From Trichoplax adhaerens (lineage: Eukaryota; Animalia; Placozoa), in the NCBI RefSeq assembly GCF_000150275.1, contig NW_002060945.1:8696011-8760010 (forward strand): a stretch of 64,000 nucleotides of DNA, written 5' to 3'. The translations under genes and the position numbers were made by a program. A model generated the notes under the pieces. That model did not search any database. It worked only from the letters and a program-made list of their open reading frames with translations, and was not told the origin of the DNA. The number at the start of each line of letters is the position of its first letter. Positions within the stretch are counted from its first letter, which is position 1. Below are positions 12,525 through 26,800 of this stretch, in pieces.

Positions 12525-15061
12525 TTATCAACCAATCATATCATTATTTCTCAATTGGTATTATATACAACCCACGTTATAAATTGCATAATATTATTAT
12601 TCTGATTATTGTTATTATTATTATTCAAGTATATAACAACTATGCTCCCTTTTTGCTTTCTTATTACTTTAAAGATAATAAGGACACGATGGTCGATTTA
12701 GATAAGTACTATTTCTTATTTTAATGGTACATAGAAAAAAAAAATGAAATAAATAAAATATAAAAGAAAAAATGAATGAGCATACTGTATCTATAGATCT
12801 ATTTCTATACACATCTAGATCATTCTTATTGACAAGTTCTACAATACAGTAAACTATCACTGATATACAAGTTGGGTCAAACAGCGTGTGGTAGTGCATT
12901 GATACACTACCTTGAATTGACGATATTATTGTAAGGCTAGCTGTATAGAAAATATAGAAATTGTCCGATTTTCAAAATAAACTTATGTTATAGAAATTGA
13001 TCGACAAAAGAAGAAACTGAGTCGATTTAAAGAGGCGGAGACATATCAAGATATCAATTTCCATACTTTTCCTTAAGCAAACCCCTTCAACTGCTATGTA
13101 AAATAGAGAAATGTTGTTTTCACCATTTCGATTTCAGTAGGTCGATAGCTTGCTTTATCATCGACGATACTAAGTTTACTCTATTTTCTCACTCTCTCTC
13201 CTTTTGATCACTTTACACGTATACATTACAAAGCAGTTCAATGCGACTAAATGCATCTTAAGATGACTCGAAATGATTAAAAATATTGACCTTAAGGCGC
13301 ATAAATACTGAAACTAAAATAAGGATGCGATGGTGATTCTTATACTACTAGTGCACTAGAATAATTTATTATAGTTAATAGGCAGCCGTTAGTACTGTAA
13401 TAGGGCAATATTATATCGATAAAATTTCAGTTATCGCTGAAATTTTTAATGAAGTTGTAGTAGTAGCTAAGATGAAGCGGATACGCTATTCGAATAGATT
13501 TGCTACTTAGACTATGTTATAACAGCATTCACAGAAGATCAGCACATTTTAGGAAATTTTATCAATTGTAAATACAGTCTGTTATACTCGTATCCTGTCA
13601 TTTATTGCTAATTTTTCTTAGGAATATCAGTATTATGGGTTATATTGAATACAGTGATGATAATAAAATTGATCATACTTATTATCCTACATAGAAATTA
13701 AAATGCTTGTAAATGACGGGCTTTCAATAACTAACCTGTGTTGATCTTTGCCTTGCTTACTTTTATTTGCTAATGATAAGTTCTATTTAATTGATATAAA
13801 AACGACTGCGGTACTTCATTTGGAAGGTGATCGGCGGAAAAAAACTTCCATTGAAAGTGAAGCAGAAATAAGATATGCTAAGGAGGAATAAAACATTCAA
13901 AAAATAGTCTACATTAGTACCTTAGAACGTTTATAGAAATTATCCTAACGTTTAGAGAGTTAGGCGATCTATATTTACTGTTTAATGATAAAAGATGAAG
14001 CAAAATGGAATATTAAATAGGAATTAGACACGACATATCTACAAGCTAATCTGTCATGTTCAATTCTGTTACCGTACAGTTCAGTTTACTATGTAATAAC
14101 CGTTATTCAATATTTGAATGTTATTTTAATTTCAAATAATCATTTAAAAGAATTTAACCAATCTATAATCCAGTGGGTGAAATAAAATTTTTTCACATCT
14201 TATGTTAATGCTGTATTGTGATTGATTTACCATTTTAGTACTATAGGAAAAAGAAGATGATTGGTACAAATATTTGAAATAAATAGTCTTTTTCTAAGAA
14301 ATTCTATTTTATATTTAAGTTTGGACTGTGAAAGTTTCACTATTAGGACGGCCGACCAGTTTATTTCTATCTTTTATAATTGACGTGAATGATGCAAAAC
14401 GTTTTTAAAGATAGTTTTCTATAATTGGCCAATATAAGAAGGGTTTTAAACACATGTATCTATCTATACTTACGTGAAAGCTCGAAAAAAATTACTAAAA
14501 TCGTCCTATAGATAAACTATCAATTTAAAGTATAAAATAGTATAGTACCAAAAAATACGATTAGGAATGTCAAAGTTGTAAAACGAATATTGAACGAAGG
14601 TAAAAGTAATTCACGTTATATAATAAACCATGAAAGAATGGAACGGTTGATTGCTAGTGATAGGCTACATAAATCATTTTTTAATATACAATATAAAAGA
14701 TCGTTGGTAATATCATAATCGGCAGAGAAAATGATTATTTTCTTTATACCATTTGAACGTTTTATGACACAAGCTAACTCTACATCTGCGTAGATTGAAA
14801 CAAGCCTAAGTAATACATATTGCTTTTATGTTGATACTATATTTTTCTTAACCTACCGAAATGACTGTTATAAATTGAAATAGCGTCGAATAACTCAATT
14901 TCCCTCGTCTAATTCAGTTCTATACACGGTATTAGCAATAATTGATGAATCAAAATGAATTCTTTTGGTTCCAACCACGTTGATATTGGTTTTTCCCTCT
15001 CCTTTTTTTCAATTTTTTTTTTTGGTGATGAAAACTTCTTTTTCCTCGTTGATTTCAATTG

Positions 15062-15101
15062 TATTTTTCTTCTATTAATGATATTTTTCTTCTATTAATG
15101 A
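15062..15101. repeat. 20-bp tandem duplication
   Basis: TATTTTTCTTCTATTAATGA occurs twice in tandem. Confidence 0.8.
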
Positions 15102-18100
15102 AAGGCCTCCCACTACGATGGTTGAAAATTTTCGATACCCCAACTCTGGTCAATCGGATCTGTAATTTAGTTGGTGGATAAATTGAAAATTAGCAAATAA
15201 GACGATTTGCGAGAGAGATTGATTTCTTGTTTTCTGATGGTGGAATATATTTATTTGCTCATTTCTTGCTGTTGCTCGAATATGGGAACTCTGAGGGCCT
15301 TTATTATACTATTATAGCGTGATCTAAGCATATTTTAGTCAATCGCGGATAGCTAATGAGAGCTACTAATAATAATTTGTTGTGTCAAAGCAACAGAATA
15401 CAGACTGTATAGAACAATCCAATTACAATACAAAGGATTAATTAGATATGGACTGTATACTCTACATGAACAGACTTCTTTTGACTAGGAATACAGATGG
15501 ACGTAGAAGGACTGCGAGTTCATTATCGCGGAAATTTAATTAATCAAAAAGAGGATGTAAAAAAGTTTTAAGAAATGACTGGTAAAGAGCCTCTTGTTAT
15601 CGATGCTCTATTCGATGAGGAATGTTCTAGTATACAGTCTGTAAGAATGTTATTGGGTAGTTTAATTATAAACGATAGGATACTGTAATATCGAGGGGAG
15701 GGGAGGGGAAAGCGAGAGGAAAAGGATTGCCCGAAAGGCAACAGTGAAGAACGCCATGGGCGACTGCCGACATACTCTGCTATACTATCGCTCGCATACG
15801 ATAGCACTACGGTGGTAGAGGGAGAAAAGGATTTTTCACTTGAAAATGCCATGTCTGACCCAATATTTATCTTTGGACTACTGATCATTGTACTCTTACT
15901 AAGTAGAATTGACTTAGCTTGTGTCAAGTATGCATACTTGCTATCTTCTTTCATCGTTTAATCCTTAAAATATTAATCGCATACACAACAAATTGACCAG
16001 CAGAATCACTGATCGTTGTTTATTGCCATGACATCAAAGGAACACCTGGAAGATGAAGTAAAACCACAACCAATGTAGGGGATACTACTCAGTTAATCAA
16101 TACTCTATTAGATGAGTACTGACTAAGGTTGCCATTGTACACGTATCATCAATCTTTTATTTTATTGAATGTCTCAAAATAACAGAACTCAGGTGGCACT
16201 GCAATTACAAATGGCAATCTTGACTTGAAAAAGAAAAAATACAAATAATCAATCGTATAAAACGAAACGAACTTTCTAATGAGTGTGGTACCGTACCAAC
16301 ATTTCACCAGTAATTTCGCTTACATCGAGATTGATCTATCGCTGAATAAGAATTGTATTCTCCTACTAATTATATATACGCATTATTATACTGCAAGAGA
16401 AGAAAAGCCCAAAGCATACACCTACGATGACTATTATACTAGACGAATGCTTACCAAGTGGACTATTATATTCCAATTTATTCATATCCTATGATAGCGA
16501 AAAGGCGTTAAAATACCCCCCCCCCGAAACCATCGCACTTAGCAAGCAATCTTTTCCTCTGCTTAGAATCATCATTTTCTGCCGATGAATACCACCCAAA
16601 TTGATTTAGTAGTCAAGCTGAGAGTAACGCTTGAATTCAAGAAAACGGCAAAAATTACCTGATATTAGAATGCCGTTGAAAATAATTTCTATACAATGTA
16701 TTCATGTTGTTCCTATTTTAATCAATTTCTTTTACTTTTATTATTTCAAATTAATGAAAAATTAAGTAATAGCAAAGTAGGCGTGTGTAACTGCGTCTAT
16801 ATCGGCATAGAATTACGACAGTTTTAACTTGAGAGTATCACCTTCCACACTCCATTTCGATTGCCCTTTTGCTTTTATCTTCTCCTATAAATTGAAATTA
16901 TTTCTCATCATAGTAAAGTCCGTTCGTATCAGGGCATACTCACGTAATAATTCCAATGCCAGTCTTTCATCAATACTATCTCAGAAATGTTGTAAACAGT
17001 CGTAGATATAGTACAGATAAGAGAGAAATCTATAGTTCGATATCTATTCATGCTTTAGTTTTATGTACACTTTATGGTCTAGGTATCTAATAGACGTATC
17101 GATTATCACATCGAACATTATTTTTTTATAAATCATCGATAGCTTCGTTAGTAATCGCTATAATGAGGTATTTCTGACTATAAAAATCGAACAACCAGAT
17201 GAGATATACGTATACATGGTGCATATACATTTAGATTAAATGATCGGTCATATAATAGTAATGCTAAATTATATATATTATTGAAAATTTTATAAATCTT
17301 ATTAGAAGAGCAACTGAAATCGATAGACTTACTATCTCATTCAATCACACACTGTAAATCCAAACTAATTAATAGCAGGCAAGTTAGGTCGTTATTCGCT
17401 CATTACTTGATAGCCTAGTGATAGACCAAGGCACCGACATCATCATACACCACTTAGAACATTTTACCGAAATAACAAATTGACCTATTTGATTGGCATT
17501 TACTATCTTTCACTTGCAAGATAGTGATAAATGTAATAAATACTTTAGTACACGGTAATAATCTAGCAATTGATATTTTATTACTATTAATGAATAAAAA
17601 ATTTTAGATTCGTATATATCAGTGAGTAATATATGTAGTGCATCTATATTTATATTTACAAGATCAAGATAGTTCAATAAATTACAGTAGAATTGGAATA
17701 ACTAAGGAATGAAGTAAAGGTGCAACAATCATTCAAATATACACGATTGAAACTTACAGTAAAATGATTATTGCCGTAGTACAAAATGACCGTTTTAATT
17801 TTATAATTAAAGTAATCGATAGCAAATGCATAGGGCGATATACCAGAGTAAGTTAGTAAATTAATAATAAATAGCAAATATTTTTATAGTTGTCTACTAT
17901 ATCTGCTTTGAGAGTTTTAATATTTGATCCATAAGTAGAATGCTAATATGGAAACCTCGATACGCCTAATATTCTAATTGATTGCATATACGATCTTGTA
18001 TATTAATAATTACAAGAAATTTAGAATTGAAATTGCCTCTAATGTAAATGCATATGAGGATGTGCTACTGTAAGCATCTGATATAACTCAACGGACTATC

Positions 18101-21100
18101 CATAATCAATTAATTTTTAAGTTTAAAGTATTATACAGCATTGATTGGATTATAATGCAAAATCAGGCGTGTCAACAAGTATAACCATCCTTGGTGTAAG
18201 AATTCTGCATCAATATATATTCGATATAATTTCTATACCATAACATTTCCTATTAGTTTAAATATGCTCGTACCGTGAGTTCCGTCCTTTCTTCCGGATG
18301 TATACTGAATGATTCCCAAATATCTATGTGCCATGCATTTTGATACTTGCTATAAAGTCGTCCTACTGGTATAGAAAATAACTAAAATACATTTATAAGT
18401 ATTCCAAACAGAGTAAACGCCTAACACTAATAGATTTATGTAAAAGTTTAATAACCGTATCATGAATACATGTGAAACAGATTAATTGCTGGAAAAGAAA
18501 CAATGACAACGCGGGCTCATATTATTCGCATACAGAAAAGGCATATGCTATCGGTACATCTGGCATAGATGTGAAAAATAACATTTTATAAACATTAAAT
18601 ATAGAATTTTTCCATAAACTTGAGTGTTTTACATAAGTAGGGGTGAATCAAAAGATCGGGAAAGGTTTTTGTTTTCCAACATTTTCTAAATATAACAAAA
18701 TTATTGAAAAATATAGTAAGTTTTGTATACGCATTTATTTATTATTAATATTATTGTAATCCGGACGGATAACGGTGTTACAGTAAACAATACATTTTTG
18801 ACAAAATGGGGACTAACGCAATATTTTTAAGAAATAGAATAAAGAATACCTACCCAAGTCTGATAGTTGTCACTGAGTTACGACTTTTTACATGACACTG
18901 TACTAACCAATACCTTGATTCTGCTAATAGAACAAGTTGACGATACTTTAAAACAATACCCATATATAACATAGGGCACCTTTTACAGCCGATAGTCCTT
19001 ATTTTTCTATTTAATATCGCTTGGTATCATCTACTCAAATGACATATGATGAATTAAAATAGAGAGTACACGCATATGCACATAGCAGCAATGAAACATA
19101 TACCATAAATAGGCGAGAGTGTCAATGTCGTAGTATCGACAAATTATTCACTTTTATACAGTATCACATTGCATACTTTCAATTTATCTACGAAGGTGAT
19201 TGTATGGAAGTATGACATATCGATTATATTCCTATCGATGCTTAATGTAATACATACATATAGAATATCCAAATCTACATTTTACTGAATTTAATACATT
19301 TACCAATAGCATCATTACAACACATTTACATTTACCTTGCTGATAGGGCATACCGCTAAAATTGTACCAATTTATTAATAATGAGCAATAATATTTTAAT
19401 ACTATGTTACTTGCACTTAAAATATTAGTCATTACAGTCAAATTAGCCAAATCTAATTCTTTCTTAAAGCAATTTGTTAAAAATTTAGTACGGTATCATT
19501 GATCTTGTATGCACGCAGTAAGACCAAATTTTAACATCGTTAAACTACTATAGTAATTAAAGAATATTGAATAAGTATAGACTAATTTAGATGTGCTATT
19601 TTAGCATACAATCCAGCTTTATTCGTATGTTCTACTACTAATTTGCTTATTATAATAGCGTAAAATTTATATTCTTTGTATCTGTGCACTAGTACAACAG
19701 GAACACTAAAGTGTACATATTGCTAAATCCTATTTAAGCTAAGGAATATACGATACTTTTTAGGATTTATTCGCTGTGATATTTTCTACACAGACTTGCG
19801 ATAAAACAATTAATAGTTATCCAATCTGTTACACCATCCGTAATTGTTCTGTAGCAATTTACAAGTAAGGACTCATTAAATTTCGATCAAGGCAGTGGCA
19901 ATGCTGCTATATCCTAACAAGTAGCTTGCTTAACGAATTCTGAACGCTACCGGTGCGTATTAATATGGAATATAGCAACTACTAGTGATATACAGTCTAT
20001 ATTATATTTCCCTACTGATTGTATTAAGTAATTTATTTTGTGATCTATTGAACTTTTAAACGGTGTTGATCAATAATTACTATACACGATCCTGCTACCT
20101 CTACTATTCGAAATGTTTTGTTATCTAGGAGTTAAATTTTGTCTGGGTTTAATGAGCTACTGTATGTATGTATGTAGACATACGGTTACACGAGGTGCAA
20201 TTCGTATATATACATTTCAGAATATGATATAAATCATATGTATAATTCTTAGACATTGTGCTTATATAGCTTGTCATAATTACGAGTATAATAGTTTTAT
20301 ATCGTTTAGTAGGATTATTCTTTCTATTTTGATTAATATTGTCTTTAAACTGGTACTATTTCAACATGAATAGCTTATTTTTTTGATTTGCATTGAAATA
20401 AGCTCCACATTATATTAAAATATGATAAAAAACATCTTTTATTATGACAAACAATGGTATTCTTACAAAAGTGAGATAACATAAAACAATTATAACTTAA
20501 TTATAATCTAATTTTGAACGTTTAATATTTAAAAAGTAGATAATTCAAGAAATCTATTAAAGTCGATGGAAGTTAGTCTAGCTATTTCACTCCCACCGGT
20601 TTCACTACCGGTTTATCTTCTACCGGTAGAAAAAAAGAATAACTCAATTCCTTTAAATCATCATAATTTTAATCATATCATAAATACTCTACATCACATA
20701 AAGCTCTATTGGAAGATCTTATTACCTTTTTCTACCTTGGGTTACCTATATGGTAGTGAGACTATTTTTATTAACCATGAAGGCGATAGTAACGGTTTTA
20801 GGTTCTGTTTATTATAAGTAAAAATCTATCTAAAAACTAGCCTCAGATACATATTGGAAGGTATGATTTGGTATTGTTCTAAAATAATAGTAATTTCTTG
20901 CTAAAATGCTGAAATTCAACTAGTAAACACCTACCGTCTGTAAAGATCTTGCTATAATTAACTTATTCAAACTATTGTGTTTTCTAACCGACGTTACTAT
21001 TGATAAGTTAACTAACCCTTTGATATACTTTTTAATAATAATAAATTTTCATTGCAGTACTGGGGTTGATTTATTTTGCTAAGTAATATGCTGTACTCGT

Positions 21101-23831
21101 TCAAAATTTATTATTACTCATTTTTATTTGATATCTTTACTAAAATGCAATAATAAAAAATTCATGTTAACTTAAATGTTACAATGGTAATTAACGAAAT
21201 ACATCAATCTGGTAATTATATCAGTAAAATTATGAAAAATATTCTCTTACATTTGAAACATATTTAGCACACCAATACTGATCGTTCATTATTGCTTTTG
21301 GCATAGTAGATAGTAAATCTGAACAATCAATATTCATAATTTCAATTCGCAATTAGATTTTAATCAATCTCCAAAGTGAATAGAACTTAGAAGACCTAAA
21401 AGAAACAAAATAAAATTGAAATATTCTTTAGCAGCGTCTTAACTGATTTTGCTTTTTTTAATCATCATTCTAACTATTAGGATCTAAATTTAGGATCGAT
21501 TAGTGTTTTAATGTCGATATGACAAAATATGCTTCAACACGATTTCATACTGTTATGGTATTCTATTCAATCTCACTATGCGTACAGTATAACTGATCAT
21601 GATAAATTAATTATTAGGTATGCGAAAAAAGCAAATTTCGATAGTTTGTTTTATTTATCATAAAAGTCTAATTATTTAAATTTATCCTTTGCTAATTAAT
21701 GACTAACGACTGTTACTAATTTATCAATATGTCTAATAAGGAATACAGTTGAGTAAAAGAACATGCAGCTATACATTCAAGGTTGAAATCACTTTACCTG
21801 GTAATCGCATCTTATGTTTGATAGCTAAAGTAACTTGACCGCATTTATGGCTACAATGCCAATATAACATTTGTTATTTGTTGCATTGGTAATTTATTAG
21901 TAAAGTAAATAAAACAACGTCTTACCTAATTATTTCAATAAAAGGGTAACTATCAAATAATTGTATCAAAAAAATATAACCTAAATCCTTATAGCACAAT
22001 GTACAGTATGTAGGGAAAATTGCGTGATCAACATTAAATTAAAATCAAGCATTTCATGATGACAATAAGATCAGTATATTGTCATAGGGACAGTCACTCG
22101 TAGCTGCATTCACTATTTTTCTAGAAGTGATGAAACAATATCTATTTTCTAAAGAATATTTACGTTTGCTAACAGTATTACGAAAAATTTAGGAAAAATA
22201 TCTTCGTGAATTACATCTCTTATTGTTAATTCATCAAATGAAGTATCAAAATTTCTGTGCTTCATTTATCTGTATATTTTACTCTAATCAAAACCTTTTT
22301 TGTTTTAACTGTTTTACAAATTTAATTGACCATAATAAGATCGTTCTTATTAACATCATATCCGTATGACAGTACTAATTATGTCAATGGAGGAAAAAGC
22401 TTGTGTAATTAAAACATTTCAAGATTTTGCGTACCTTAAAAATATTCTATTCGATAAAAGCTACTACATAACGCGTTCATTTAAATAACTTCCTTCTACT
22501 TTTTATCAAATCTTTAGAAAACGATGTTTCATTATGATCGTATTTTTATCAATTTAAAACCATATGGTTATATGATAGTATGCTTAAGTTTTGATAACTT
22601 TGAAATAGTTAATCTATAGAAATGAAAATTTGTCCTCTGTACATTTTCAAATAGTTTTCGCTAGCGTTATTAATCGAATTCTTGCACAGAAATCAACATT
22701 TGCCTACACACTAAATTCCCTCTTATTCATGGCATTGTACACTTAAATTTATTAAGTGTCTAGGACTGATCCTTGAATCAGTTCGACCATGCTGTCTTTT
22801 AATTAAGCTTCATTCAATACGTTATATTGATATAATCATTTTAATCGTTTTATGTGTAACAACTACAATCAATTTCTTTTTTACTGTTGCAATTTAAATC
22901 AATACCGTATTTCCTATCATTGCATCGATAAAATTTTTTTTATTAGCTTTTCGCCATGATACCTAACTCACTCAGCAAAACACGTAACTTAAGTCCTATT
23001 TAACTGAGCCATTACCTTGATGATTATAGTTACTACGTCTAATGATCTGACAAGAATCAATATATTCGTATACTGTACATACTAAAACATCTTAAATTAT
23101 TTATTTAAAATTTTCCGGACTACTCTTACGTATTTGTAAAGTCATAAAAATAAATTATTTCAATCACGCACCATTTTCCACGATTCGAGATATTTGACGT
23201 CCAGGAGACGACGGTAAGCCGAATATCACATTAAATATTTAAGACTACTTCAACTAATAATTCCTAGAGACAAGTTAACAAAAGGATTAGTGAATTGAAA
23301 ATTTGGCTATCCTAGGAAGTAATCGCGATTTCGTTTCCTAAATATTCAAACTCAATTAAATGATTTTTCTCGCAAATTTAACTTCGGCAACTTTATTGAC
23401 CTACTGTATACTCAGCAGTTGTCTTTACAGTTAGTCATTCGCAACGAGACATAGATTTTATTACTGTCATCAAAGGAGTTACTATGAAAAGTTGCATACA
23501 ATACTACTTTGATCTTTTAAACAATTGATCCAATATAATTTAATCAATGCCATATTTAGCTTGTTTTATAAACTCAGCTTTTTAATTGATCAAAGCTATT
23601 GCTTTTAAGGCAAATAATTAGTTTCATTTTCTAAATTTAAACAACACGATCAGTAATGAATATACTATGATAGTAATAATATAATACTATAAAAGAGAGA
23701 TATTCATATATCTATCCACTTTATTTTCCTATAATTTAGTCTTACAATTAATTATAAATATACTATGCATTCGAATCGAAATACATATAATTGGTTATTA
23801 CATATAAAAGATACATTTTCAAACGCAAATC

Positions 23832-26800
23832 TTACTCCTGCCAAGCAGTACAAGTCCACGACCGTGGCAGAAGTAGATACGACCAATAGGCACTCTGTAA
23901 ATATAAACGAAAATTTCTTATACGTTTATAACTATTGTTACAAAAAATAGCTATCGTTCAAGCATTGTATCGTTTGATATGATTTAGCAACCATTAGAAC
24001 ATAACTAATAAGTAAAAGCTTTTCAATTAGAAACACATGCAATCCTGAGTAACTATAACAAAATTCTGAGAATTGGAAAAGAAGATTTCCGTTAGATTCG
24101 ATGGTAGCAATCTTATTGTAAAAAAATTTCTTCTAAGTAGGAATAGAAAACTGCAATGCATGGCTTAGGTTACTCTTTGGCTGATATTGTAATAAAAAAA
24201 TTTACTGAAGAGGTAGTATTTAATATGTACAGTGTAGCAAGCATATTCGTAGAAGTAGATCAAATTTTAACAAATTTCATCGAATATTGAATCAATGACG
24301 AACCGGATTAGGCGGGCACAGAGATCTTGCATACCATTCTAGACAGTACAAGCATAGCAACAGTCCACAGCCAAAAAAAAGCATTAACCAAATAAAAATG
24401 TTCCAGCCTCTAGTACTCTTCCTTTGTGTCAATGGTATGAAAAGGACTAATTTCGAAAGCCAAATGCATTATCTTATTTGTAACTTTATCATCACGAATA
24501 ATTATAATAATGAAATAAAGACGTTACATTAAACACCACAATAGAAAATTAATAGATATTTACCTCCAAATCCGCCAAATATCACAAAAAGTATTGGATA
24601 AAAAAATCCTAAACAAACGGATATAATGTATTCATGGAAGAGAGCGGAAACGAAAAATACCATCAACATCGCCAAAGTACTTCGATTCCTTCTGTCTCCG
24701 TACATCAACTACAGACGTAAAGATCGTTGTATGTCAATACAGTAAACAAAAAGTAGCAATATAATTCATCAAAATTGAGCAATTACCAACACCACATCTT
24801 TATAGATATACGCATATAACCAATCATGGACAACAACATTCCATGTTCGATAATAATTACCGAAGGACTTACAATTCCACCAGTCCTATTGGTACAAGAA
24901 TCGTAATAATTTAGCATTAACGCTTTTATCGTCATATGCAAATCATAGTGTAATGATAAGAATAATAAGAAAAGGACCTCATAAAACATCCTGTCGGCAA
25001 ATCGTAGCATCTCTGCAAATGCGTTTAACCAAGAATGTAAAATGGCAAAAAATGCGAGCAGGAACATTAGCGTCGCTGGCAATACGCAACTGAAGATAGT
25101 TTTAAGGTATGTCCTACGAAGTAATTGTCATTTATTTTAATTGTCAGAAAACTACTCATTGAAAAAGTCAAATAGTTTAAGTTTTTTGAACTTACTTCAC
25201 GTTAGCTAATTCTCTACCAGCCGTTCGAAATACGGGCAAGCAAAATCTTACGTATAGGTAATAAATATACATCGTACATCCAATAACCTTTAATCAAAAG
25301 ATAAAAAATATTACATCGTTTGTACCTTGATATATTAAATTAAATATCCATTTACATGTGTATAATTACTTCAATCAACGCAATAGCTAAAATAATACCT
25401 GCAGAAAATTAGTCACAACATAACTCCAGCAAATATTTGCGGTCCTGAAGTATTGAGTGTTTTAAATTAGTCAAATCTAACGTAATTAATTAACTATATA
25501 GTATTATTATAGTTTGCACATTTAGGTCGATTTTACATATGTTCGAAGTGATATCAATTAACCAAGTTGCAAAGATGCATACCGAGGGTATTCATTTCGA
25601 TATATCAAGCTAGGGCAAAACAAAAAATATAAATATGATGAAAATCCTGGAAAAGGTTGCGAGGTGGTCTCCACGTGCTTTAAATCTACTTTCTTAGCTT
25701 CTGAACAAACACTTTTGTCCCTAATCGTTGAAGACTTTCTACAATTAAGGATACTTCGAGCATTTTCACGGACAAATGAATGAACCTTCATCATTAACCT
25801 AGTCTGTATCGAAAATGGTAAACAAAAACAAAAATTTTAACCAATTTTACACTATCAGGGTATGAATACGACAGTATTTTAAATGATATTGATAAAGGCT
25901 ATCTTGTAAAATAAATAATTTTAATAAAACTATAATAAAGGAAATTATCATGTCAGTTTACAATAAATATTGCTATTTTATAGTCAAGGCCTTGTAAATC
26001 ATTGACGTATACATTATTGGATCTAATGTATTAAATCCTCCAATGTACTAGTAAATTAGATGTGAGACTAGGAATTCAGGTGTTCGTATTCTAAACAACA
26101 CCCATTAATGTAATCAAACATGTGTCGCTAATAATAGCTTATCAAAATAGTGTGCATTTTTTAGGTATTTTTTTAATATGTATTCGTATGATTTCTAAAA
26201 CCATACATTGAAACCCTTTTCTACATACGTAGGTGCAAGTCATCAATAGAATTCGATGATATTTGTATTAAGTGGTATATCTATTCAATAAATTGACTAG
26301 TCATACAATTTGAGTAAATACCTGTTCAGTAACGACAATCATGGACGAAGCTAATGCCAATTTATGCTTTGTAACGTACATTGCAGGTATAACTAAGAAG
26401 GCAATCAGATATGCGACATATAATAGAAGCCAAACAATATCAAACGAGAAACTATTTGTATGCTTCGCCCAGTGATGAAAAACAGGATAAACCAATAACG
26501 TAGTTGATAGCATGGCCAGCCAGATGCTAATTGTGGTAGACAACTTATTGAACGATCCAGTTAAAATTTCAAATTCAATATCGATCCTGTAATTGCAAGC
26601 AAGCATATCGTAAATAGTTATCTATTCTACTCCAAGAATAGATAAATCATTATTAAGTGAACTATCCAGGCTTTAAAGTATCTAAAATAGAATTAGAGCA
26701 TGTATTGACAGTGAAAAAAGGTCACTACTTGTGAAATTTAGAAGAAAAACTACCAGCCTTTAAGAGTCAAAGCTTCCATTAAAGTATCAATCTTAGATAA

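Noticed and set aside
24130-24200. Alternative last exon of SOAT (FSIPT*)
   Set aside because: 23894-23832 encodes the conserved LPRSWTC C-terminus and fits better.
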